Below are positions 1-6,207 of a stretch of DNA of 20,000 nt, in pieces. The DNA comes from an uncultured virus (IMG/VR IMGVR_UViG_3300011842_000033). Its lineage: Duplodnaviria > Heunggongvirae > Uroviricota > Caudoviricetes. The notes under the pieces were generated by a model. It was not told where the DNA came from and ran no database searches. It saw nothing but the letters and a program-made list of their open reading frames with translations. The stretch's first letter is position 1. Each line of letters opens with the position of its first letter. Made by a program: the position numbers and the translations under genes. The stretch lies in the IMG/VR virus record IMGVR_UViG_3300011842_000033; one strand, written 5' to 3'.

Positions 1-1
1 C

Positions 2-1216
2 ATCGCCGAACTCAAGGACGAGCAGGGCGCTATCGACATGGGCCAGAAGCTGCGGGTGGACGCCCGCACTTACAACAAGACGCGTACCAACAGCTGGGGA
101 GTAGAGGAAGTCCTGTTCCAGGTGGTGGATGGCATTGCTCTGCTGGATGTGAAAGGCACCCTGGCCCACAAGTCCGGCTACCTCAAGCCGTACAGCGGTA
201 TGACCGGCTATGACGGCATCATCAACCGCTACGCAATGATGCTCGCCGAGAGCGACGTCAAGGGTGTGCTGATGGACATGCACACACCAGGCGGTGAGGT
301 GTCCGGCTGCTTCGACACCGCCGACCGCCTGCGGCAAATGGCACAGCAAGCCGGCAAGCCACTGTGGGCCATGGCGTGCGATTCGGCCTGCTCGGCTGGC
401 ATGGCGCTGGCCAGCGCGGCAGAACGTCGCCTGGTCACCCAAACCGCCTACATGGGGTCTGTCGGGGTGGTGATGGCTCATGCGAGCTACGAAGACTACC
501 TGGAGCAGGAGGGCATCAAGGTCACGCTCATCCACTCCGGTGCGCGCAAGGTCGACGGCAACCCGTATGAGGACCTTCCCGAGGAGGTCCTGAGCCGCTT
601 TCAGGCCGATACCGACGCACTACGCCAACAGTTCGCCGAGCTGGTCGCCCGCAATCTGGGAATGACCAGCGAGGCGGTGCTGGCCACCGAAGCTGCGGTG
701 TTCCGTGGCCAGGCGGCAATCGATGTCGGCTTCGCCCATGCCATGGTCAACGGGCATGAGGCAGTTCCCGAGTTCTCTGAATACCTGTCCACCCAGGGCA
801 GGGTGACCACCCTAGGAGTCAAACGCATGGCTGGAAACACCCCCGCGCCGACTGCCGAAGCTGCACCGCCTGCCCAGGCGGGAAGCGAGGCACCGGCCGC
901 AATCGACACCGCCGCCGCTGCCAGTGCTGAGCGCACTCGCGTGCAAGGCATCCTGCAGCATGCCGAAGCGCAGGGCCGAGGCAAGATGGCGGAGCATCTG
1001 GCCTTCAACACCAGCATGGGAGTTGAAGAAGCGGGCGCTCTGCTGGCTGCTGCGCCCAAAGAGCAGGCCGCCAACCTCGACGCCAGCACCGCGCTGGACA
1101 AGATGATGGCCGCCGAAGAACAGCCGAACCTCACCGCAGGTGCAGGCGACGCGAAACCCAACCTAGCCCAGGCTATTGCCGGCAGCTGGGCCCAAGCCAC
1201 GGGAGCGAAAGTCTGA
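2..1216 (+). CDS. S49-family capsid maturation protease (lambda gpC-like), probably 5'-truncated by the window
   Basis: Motifs MDMHTPGGEVSG, ACSAGMALASAA, GSVGV and HSGARKVDGNPYE are typical of S49/SppA-like prohead proteases. The frame is open from base 2 upstream of the ATG at 38, so the true start is likely outside the window. Confidence 0.93.
   Translation: MAELKDEQGAIDMGQKLRVDARTYNKTRTNSWGVEEVLFQVVDGIALLDVKGTLAHKSGYLKPYSGMTGYDGIINRYAMMLAESDVKGVLMDMHTPGGEVSGCFDTADRLRQMAQQAGKPLWAMACDSACSAGMALASAAERRLVTQTAYMGSVGVVMAHASYEDYLEQEGIKVTLIHSGARKVDGNPYEDLPEEVLSRFQADTDALRQQFAELVARNLGMTSEAVLATEAAVFRGQAAIDVGFAHAMVNGHEAVPEFSEYLSTQGRVTTLGVKRMAGNTPAPTAEAAPPAQAGSEAPAAIDTAAAASAERTRVQGILQHAEAQGRGKMAEHLAFNTSMGVEEAGALLAAAPKEQAANLDASTALDKMMAAEEQPNLTAGAGDAKPNLAQAIAGSWAQATGAKV
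827..1216 (+). CDS. Nested in-frame capsid scaffolding protein (lambda Nu3-like), 129 aa
   Basis: AGGAG at 814-818, ATG at 827 in frame with the protease; the product is Ala/Pro-rich then helical (ERTRVQGIL...EAQGR...AEHLAF), the architecture of lambda C/Nu3. Confidence 0.75.
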   Translation: MAGNTPAPTAEAAPPAQAGSEAPAAIDTAAAASAERTRVQGILQHAEAQGRGKMAEHLAFNTSMGVEEAGALLAAAPKEQAANLDASTALDKMMAAEEQPNLTAGAGDAKPNLAQAIAGSWAQATGAKV

Positions 1217-1566
1217 TGGCCACCGTACAGCAACCCGTCGACAACTGGGTGACCGGTTCCGACTCTTACCAGACCACACTCGGCACCATCGCTGTAGGGC
1301 AGAACCTGGCGGAAAAGACTCCGCTCGGCCAGATCACCGCAAGCGGCAAACTGGTTGCCTGGGACCCTGCTGCAACAGACGGCTCCGAGGTTGCCGCATA
1401 CATCACCGCCTATGCCGTTGACGCACGCGCAGCCGAACAGCAGGCGCAGGTAATCAAGTCCGGGACTTTCAACCCGGAGCAGGTCGTCTGGCCGGCAGGC
1501 ACGACAGCCGCGCAGAAGCTTGCAGCCTTCGTCGGCACGCCGATCAGCCTGCAATTGCCCGTTTAA
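1216..1566 (+). CDS. Head decoration protein (lambda gpD-like)
   Basis: 116 aa; TPL...GKLVAWD...KSGTF...VVWP...AFVGTPIS matches the gpD pattern; TGATG coupling to the protease; located between protease and capsid. Confidence 0.92.
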   Translation: MATVQQPVDNWVTGSDSYQTTLGTIAVGQNLAEKTPLGQITASGKLVAWDPAATDGSEVAAYITAYAVDARAAEQQAQVIKSGTFNPEQVVWPAGTTAAQKLAAFVGTPISLQLPV

Positions 1567-1587
1567 GGGCTTTCACCGCACCCATAG

Positions 1588-1609
1588 GGCCGCTCTAGCG
1601 GCCTTTTTT
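1588..1609 (+). terminator. Intrinsic terminator between decoration and capsid genes
   Basis: GGCCGC-TCTA-GCGGCC followed by TTTTTT. Confidence 0.8.
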
Positions 1610-1627
1610 CATTCAGGAGACTGAACA

Positions 1628-2653
1628 ATGGCCGCTGGCTACGATACGACCACCCTGCTGGGTGTGAAGGAACTTCTCCCGAAGTTCACCCCGCTGTTCC
1701 TGCAGATGTTCTTCCCAACCGTCGCCACCTTCCCGACCGAAGAGGTGGCGTTCGATAAGATCAAGAAGGATCGTCGTCTGGCTCCCTTCGTCTCGCCGTT
1801 GGTATCCGGCCGGCCGAGGCGCGAACGCGGTGGCTTCCTCACCACACTCAAGCCGGCGTACATCAAGGAAACGGACGTGGTTCGTCCGACCCGCCTGATC
1901 AAGCGCCGCCTGGGTGAGGCCTTGAACGGCGAGATGAGCGCCGCGCAGCGTCACGATGCCGTAGTCGCCGATCTGCTGGTCGAGCACGAAGAGAACATCG
2001 TGGCGCGCGAAGAGTGGATGGCCGTTCAAGCCGTGCTGTACGGCAAGGTCACCATGGAAGGGCCAGATCACCCGCCCGTCGAGGTCGATTACGGGCGCAG
2101 CCCGGAAAACCAGGTGATTCTCGCCGGTGCGGCGAAGTGGGACGCGGTCGACCCCGAGACCTACGACCCCACCGACGATATCGAGGACTGGGCGAGCGAG
2201 ACCACCGGCCCGGCTGGTGTGCTGATGATGGGCAAGGGCGCCTGGCGCCTGTTCAGCCGCTTCAAGGCGGTACGTGACAAGCTGGAAACCCGCCGTGGTA
2301 GCACGTCGCAGTTGGAGCTCGGGCCGCAGCTTGAAAAGGAAGTCATGCGTAAGGGCTTCTTCGGAGAGTTCGAGATCATCGTCTACACCGGCAAGTACAC
2401 CAACGACGAAGGCGAGAAAGTGAGCTTCATGCCGGAGTTCGGTGTGCTCGTCGCCCCCTCCAGCGCAGACAACGTGATGGCCTACGGCGGCATTCAGGAC
2501 GCCAAGGCCAACGCCAATGGCATCGCGGAAGCCACGCGCTATCCGTCCAACTGGTTCACCGACAACCCCAGCGTCGAGTGGCTCCAGACCCAGACCGCGC
2601 CGGTGCCGGCGCTGTTCGACGCCGACGAGTTCACCTTCGTCATCGTGGCCTGA
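1628..2653 (+). CDS. Major capsid protein (lambda gpE family)
   Basis: 341 aa; YDTTTLL, PLFLQMFF, LAPFVSPLV, KPAYIK, REEWMAVQAVLYGK, VDYGRS, LETRRGSTSQLE and RYPSNW follow gpE; RBS AGGAG at 1615-1619. Confidence 0.96.
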   Translation: MAAGYDTTTLLGVKELLPKFTPLFLQMFFPTVATFPTEEVAFDKIKKDRRLAPFVSPLVSGRPRRERGGFLTTLKPAYIKETDVVRPTRLIKRRLGEALNGEMSAAQRHDAVVADLLVEHEENIVAREEWMAVQAVLYGKVTMEGPDHPPVEVDYGRSPENQVILAGAAKWDAVDPETYDPTDDIEDWASETTGPAGVLMMGKGAWRLFSRFKAVRDKLETRRGSTSQLELGPQLEKEVMRKGFFGEFEIIVYTGKYTNDEGEKVSFMPEFGVLVAPSSADNVMAYGGIQDAKANANGIAEATRYPSNWFTDNPSVEWLQTQTAPVPALFDADEFTFVIVA

Positions 2654-2706
2654 CCGGCTCCCTCACCACTGAGGCGCGCCATCGGCGCGCCGTCAGGAGA
2701 ATACTC

Positions 2707-2955
2707 ATGGCAAAGCAATACATCGTGAAAACCACCGTGCACGGGCTGGTCAAAGCGGGTGGCAAGAAGGTAGTCATCAAAAGCTCGCCGGAACCGCAGG
2801 ATGTACCCAGCGGCCTGGTGAAGGAGCTCCTCGAGCGTGGTGTGATCGAAGAGTACGAAAGCAAAGCGAAGGGCAAGGCCACTGACACCGCTGATGACGA
2901 AGATGCTGGTGCTGGTGCTGGTGCTGGTGAAGGCGACGGCGCGAGCGGCGACTGA
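2707..2955 (+). CDS. Small head-associated protein, gpFI C-terminal-domain-like, 82 aa with acidic low-complexity tail
   Basis: RBS AGGAG at 2695-2699 and ATG at 2707; FI position right after the capsid gene; VPSGLVKELLERGVIE resembles the FI C-terminal helix as I recall it. Confidence 0.65.
   Translation: MAKQYIVKTTVHGLVKAGGKKVVIKSSPEPQDVPSGLVKELLERGVIEEYESKAKGKATDTADDEDAGAGAGAGEGDGASGD
2905..2928 (+). repeat. (GCTGGT)4 in-frame tandem repeat encoding AGAGAGAG
   Basis: Four perfect hexamer copies read directly from the sequence. Confidence 0.9.
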
Positions 2956-2957
2956 TC

Positions 2958-3293
2958 ATGGCCAGCGACTTCGACCGCATCATGCAGCGTGCCGATACCA
3001 CGCTGTTCCGCGTGTTCGGTGAGGATCGCGGCTCTTGCGGGCCTACGTACACCGCCCCGGACGGCTTTGCCCGTCCGGTTCAGCTGGACGTCATCCTCGG
3101 CCGTGACGTCGAGGTCGCAGGCGCTGACGGCACGTTCCGCGTCGTGCAATGCCTGGTAGAAATTAGGCTATGCCAGTTGGGCAAACCCAAACGGGGCGGT
3201 CGGCTGAACCTGGCGGAAGGCGAATTCATCCTGGATGAGCCACTCGGCACCGACGGAATCGTCGAGCGTTGGGCGTTGCTCCCTGCGAGGTAG
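2958..3293 (+). CDS. Head-tail joining protein (gpFII-like)
   Basis: 111 aa; begins MASDFDRIMQRADTTLFRVFG and is beta-rich afterwards; sits in the FII position. Confidence 0.75.
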   Translation: MASDFDRIMQRADTTLFRVFGEDRGSCGPTYTAPDGFARPVQLDVILGRDVEVAGADGTFRVVQCLVEIRLCQLGKPKRGGRLNLAEGEFILDEPLGTDGIVERWALLPAR

Positions 3294-3295
3294 CG

Positions 3296-3865
3296 ATGGC
3301 CGGTTACGATTCAGTCCGCGTCGAATACAGCGACGCTGGCCGGTTCGCCGGCCGGCTCGATGAAATGCCGGTCAAGCTCAGGCGGGCGATTCAGTTGGCG
3401 CTGAATACGGTAGGCCGGCGCACCCGAACGCGTAGTTGGCGTGCGATCCGGGATGAGATCAACCTCAAGCCCAGCTACATCCGCGACGAGGTCAATTTCA
3501 TTCCCGCTACGCCGGAGCAATTGCGCGTCATCATCTTCGCTCGTAAGCGCGAGGTCACGCTCAGCCAGTTCCCGCACCGTCAACTCTGGAAACGCGGCAA
3601 GTCGGGCAAGCGTGTCAGAGCCGGGGTGCGGGTCAGCATCAGTGCTGGTTGGACGGAGCTGAATGAGGGTGCGTTTATCGCCCCAATCGGCCCGGCTGGC
3701 GGGCTTATCGCCGAACGGGTCGCCAAGCCGCGCCTGCCGCTGGAGGTACTGCATGGGCCATCGCCTTCGCAGGTGCTCGGCAGCTTGCTCGATGACCTCG
3801 GCGCCGAAGCGTCCCGTGATCTCGGTGCTGAGACCGAGCGCCAACTCAACAGGGCGGACCTATGA
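3296..3865 (+). CDS. Minor tail / tail completion protein (gpZ-like)
   Basis: Very basic protein with RRAIQLALNTVG, GAFIA and RLPLEVLHGPSPSQV; GAGG at 3287-3290 before ATG 3296. Confidence 0.82.
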   Translation: MAGYDSVRVEYSDAGRFAGRLDEMPVKLRRAIQLALNTVGRRTRTRSWRAIRDEINLKPSYIRDEVNFIPATPEQLRVIIFARKREVTLSQFPHRQLWKRGKSGKRVRAGVRVSISAGWTELNEGAFIAPIGPAGGLIAERVAKPRLPLEVLHGPSPSQVLGSLLDDLGAEASRDLGAETERQLNRADL

Positions 3866-4326
3866 CGAATCCCATTCAACAGGCACATCAGGCGCTTATC
3901 GCGCGTCTCCAGCGTATTACGCCGGGGAATGGCTACTTGACCGATGCCGGTTTCAGGGTGCGCGAGGGTTGGCTCGAAGAGCTGCTAAGTGGTGACGAGG
4001 TAGCGTTTCCCTTCATCGCGGTGCAGCCAGACGAATACCCAGCTCCGCAACAGGGCCCCGGCTCACTGCAGGGCACGATTGGTCGTCGGGTAGTCGCTGT
4101 CGTGGATGGCTCATCGCCGGAGGGATACCTGGGGCAGCTTGACGCGCTTTACCTGGACCTGGCCGTTGCGCTGCAAGCATCGCCAAGCATGCCAAACCCT
4201 TGGGGGCGGCCGGGCCCCTACAAGGTCACATTCGGCGCTTCCCGGCCCTTCCCTCCGGGGAGTGGACTTTCCGCCGGCACCCTTGTTTTCCCCGTACAAC
4301 TCCACGTCATCATCAACGGAGAGTAA
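3862..4326 (+). CDS. Tail terminator protein (gpU position)
   Basis: 154 aa; LQRITPGNGYLTDAG motif common in siphophage tail terminators; ATGA overlap with the preceding gene. Confidence 0.72.
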   Translation: MTNPIQQAHQALIARLQRITPGNGYLTDAGFRVREGWLEELLSGDEVAFPFIAVQPDEYPAPQQGPGSLQGTIGRRVVAVVDGSSPEGYLGQLDALYLDLAVALQASPSMPNPWGRPGPYKVTFGASRPFPPGSGLSAGTLVFPVQLHVIINGE

Positions 4327-4330
4327 CTCC

Positions 4331-4519
4331 ATGAGCAGCAAAGCCACGGTACCTGCCCAGCAGGTCGCCGAGATCTCGGTCGTCCTGGCCAAACCCCACA
4401 CCCACCGCGGCGAGCATCTGAAAGCCGGGGTGAACATCAAAGTAACCGCCAAAGAGAAAGCCTGGCTCGAAAAGCGTGGCGTAATCGGCGGCCAATCGGA
4501 GGAAATGACTCATGGCTGA
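4331..4519 (+). CDS. Small conserved-type phage protein (62 aa) preceding the major tail gene
   Basis: GGAG at 4318-4321 and ATG at 4331; VVLAKPHTHRGEHLKAG...V...WLEKRGVI; its 3' end overlaps the tail tube start. Confidence 0.75.
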   Translation: MSSKATVPAQQVAEISVVLAKPHTHRGEHLKAGVNIKVTAKEKAWLEKRGVIGGQSEEMTHG

Positions 4520-5252
4520 TCTGCGCGGCGCGTTTCTGGGGGTCGGAAAGATCTATCTCGAGGACCTGGAAGACCCCAAAGGGCTGATCTTCATCGGCAA
4601 CTGCAACTCGCTTACCTACGAGGCCACTCCTCAGGAGATCGAGGAACAGGACTACACCACGCCCGGCGGTGGCCTCGACGCATCCGTTCAGCGCATCAGC
4701 GCGCTTAACGTCACCTACAATGCCCGCCATTTCAAGAAGGACAACTTGGCCCGTGCGATGTATGGGGCTGCGTCTGACGTTGCGGCCGGCACTGTGACCA
4801 GCGAAGCGCACACCGCTCACCCCGGTGCCCTGATCCTGCTCGCCTACCCCGGCGCCACCGACGTTGAGGTCACCAGTGCAGACGGCCAATCCACATACGT
4901 GCTTGATACCGACTACACCCTGGGCCCTGCCGGTTTTCCAGTCATCACCGAGGACGGTGCTATCACCGAAGTTACACCAGTCCTGGTGAGCTACAGCTAT
5001 GCCAAGCACGCGACCATCCAGGCGCTGGTCAAGTCGGGCAAACGCTTCCGCCAGGTCTTCGTGGGCCTGAACGAGGCGCGCTCGGGCAAGCCGGTGGTCA
5101 TCGAGGTGTTCCGTGTGAACCATTCTCCCGCTTCGCTGAGCTTCATTGGCGACGAATTCCAGGGCATGGAATTCACTGCGAAGGTTGAGAAGGATCAAAC
5201 CAAGGTCGGCACCGGCATCAGCCAGTACATGGTGATCAAGGACGTGGAGTAA
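4512..5252 (+). CDS. Major tail (tube) protein
   Basis: 246 aa; FLGVGKIY...IGNCNSL and GLNEARSGKPVVIEVFRV...LSFIGDEF are typical of siphoviral tail tubes; GGAGG RBS; located before chaperone and tape measure. Confidence 0.88.
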   Translation: MADLRGAFLGVGKIYLEDLEDPKGLIFIGNCNSLTYEATPQEIEEQDYTTPGGGLDASVQRISALNVTYNARHFKKDNLARAMYGAASDVAAGTVTSEAHTAHPGALILLAYPGATDVEVTSADGQSTYVLDTDYTLGPAGFPVITEDGAITEVTPVLVSYSYAKHATIQALVKSGKRFRQVFVGLNEARSGKPVVIEVFRVNHSPASLSFIGDEFQGMEFTAKVEKDQTKVGTGISQYMVIKDVE

Positions 5253-5264
5253 GCGCCCGAGCCC

Positions 5265-5288
5265 AAGCCCAGCCGTGTGCTGGGCTTT
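5265..5288 (+). terminator. Hairpin, probable weak terminator after the major tail gene
   Basis: AAGCCCAGC-CGTGT-GCTGGGCTT with only a short T run. Confidence 0.6.
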
Positions 5289-5301
5289 GGCGCGGGGGCT
5301 T

Positions 5302-5310
5302 TGGTAGATT
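5302..5310 (+). promoter_or_regulatory. Putative extended -10 promoter (TGgTAGATT) for the moron gene
   Basis: TGn-TAGATT lies 28 nt upstream of ATG 5338, with a GGGAGG RBS at 5325-5330; no good -35 element. Confidence 0.45.
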
Positions 5311-5337
5311 GCCCCGAAAGGTACGGGAGGGACCCTT

Positions 5338-5742
5338 ATGCGATGCCCAAAGTGCAGCTACGAACCAACAATGGCTGAAATGCAGCGCAGCTCAACTGAC
5401 TGCGTCAGGTGCGGTGCGAACTACGCAACCTACCGTGCGCCGACGGCAGCTCAGCGCCTCGCCCGTGGGATGAAAGGTGCCAAGGCGGCGATAGCCGAAG
5501 GTCGAGCCAAGCGTAGCGCCAATCTGTATTGCCCTCACTGCGGTTCGGTCAGCGGTGGTATCTCGCATACCCGTGGCTCGATGCTGGTGGAGTTGATCCT
5601 GTGGCTTTGCTTCCTAGCGCCGGGAATCATCTACAGCGTTTGGCGCATTTCATCCCGGCAGACCGTTTGCCCGTCATGCCTCAGCCCTGATGTCATTCCC
5701 GTGGATTCACCGCGGGCTCGGCGCGAGCTCGGCCGAGGCTAA
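5338..5742 (+). CDS. Moron: double zinc-ribbon membrane protein (LITAF-like C-terminal domain)
   Basis: Four CxxC motifs (C3/6, C22/25, C65/68, C111/114); hydrophobic segment at aa 82-102 between the last two; flanked by a hairpin and a terminator. Confidence 0.8.
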   Translation: MRCPKCSYEPTMAEMQRSSTDCVRCGANYATYRAPTAAQRLARGMKGAKAAIAEGRAKRSANLYCPHCGSVSGGISHTRGSMLVELILWLCFLAPGIIYSVWRISSRQTVCPSCLSPDVIPVDSPRARRELGRG

Positions 5743-5758
5743 TTGAACCAACATCTAC

Positions 5759-5780
5759 AACCCGCTTCGGCGGGTTTTTT
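5759..5780 (+). terminator. Intrinsic terminator closing the moron
   Basis: AACCCGC-TTCG-GCGGGTT plus TTT; cUUCGg tetraloop. Confidence 0.9.
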
Positions 5781-5797
5781 ATTGCCTGGAGATTCGT

Positions 5798-6106
5798 ATG
5801 AGCGAAAGCGCAGTAGGCAAATCGGTGATCAAGAAGGTAAGCGGTCGCAGCGTGGTTTGCAGTGAGCTGACCGTAGGGCAGGTGCGTGGGCTGTTGCAGC
5901 AGAACAGTGGCGGTGACCTGTTGGACGAGCTGCTGCTCGAGGATGTGCGGCTGGCTGACCTGCCGATTTTTACCGGCCTGCCCGCTGAGGAGCTTGAGCA
6001 GATGCTGCCCAGCGACCTTGATGTGCTGGTCGAAGGTTGCAAGGAGGCCAACCCCAGTTTTTTTCGCATGCTGGCCAAGCTGGCCAGTCTCCAGCAAACG
6101 GCCTGA
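5798..6106 (+). CDS. Tail assembly chaperone (gpG analogue)
   Basis: 102 aa; ELTVGQVR...NPSFF; located just upstream of the tape measure gene; GGAG RBS at 5788-5791. Confidence 0.85.
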   Translation: MSESAVGKSVIKKVSGRSVVCSELTVGQVRGLLQQNSGGDLLDELLLEDVRLADLPIFTGLPAEELEQMLPSDLDVLVEGCKEANPSFFRMLAKLASLQQTA

Positions 6107-6204
6107 AGACGCTCGACGATGTGGCATGCCGGCTGATCCGGCTGGGACACCATGGCGTGTGGGGCTATCCGTGGTCGCTGTTTCTGCAAGCACTGAAGGG
6201 GTGA
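5798..6204 (+). CDS. Frameshifted tail assembly chaperone (gpGT analogue), 135 aa via -1 slip at 6058-6064
   Basis: In-phase T-TTT-TTT heptamer; the -1 frame stays open to TGA at 6202-6204, 3 nt before the tape measure ATG. Confidence 0.8.
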
Positions 6205-6207
6205 TCT

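Noticed and set aside
601..1554. 317-aa minus-strand ORF
   Set aside because: Antisense shadow of the protease and gpD genes, as expected in GC-rich coding DNA; no recognisable motifs.
2578..2706. Longer 5' extension of the FI-like ORF from the ORF track
   Set aside because: It overlaps the capsid gene and the hairpin; the strong AGGAG points to ATG 2707.
4106..4330. 5' extension of the 4331..4519 gene (137-aa ORF)
   Set aside because: It overlaps the tail terminator gene out of frame; the RBS supports ATG 4331.
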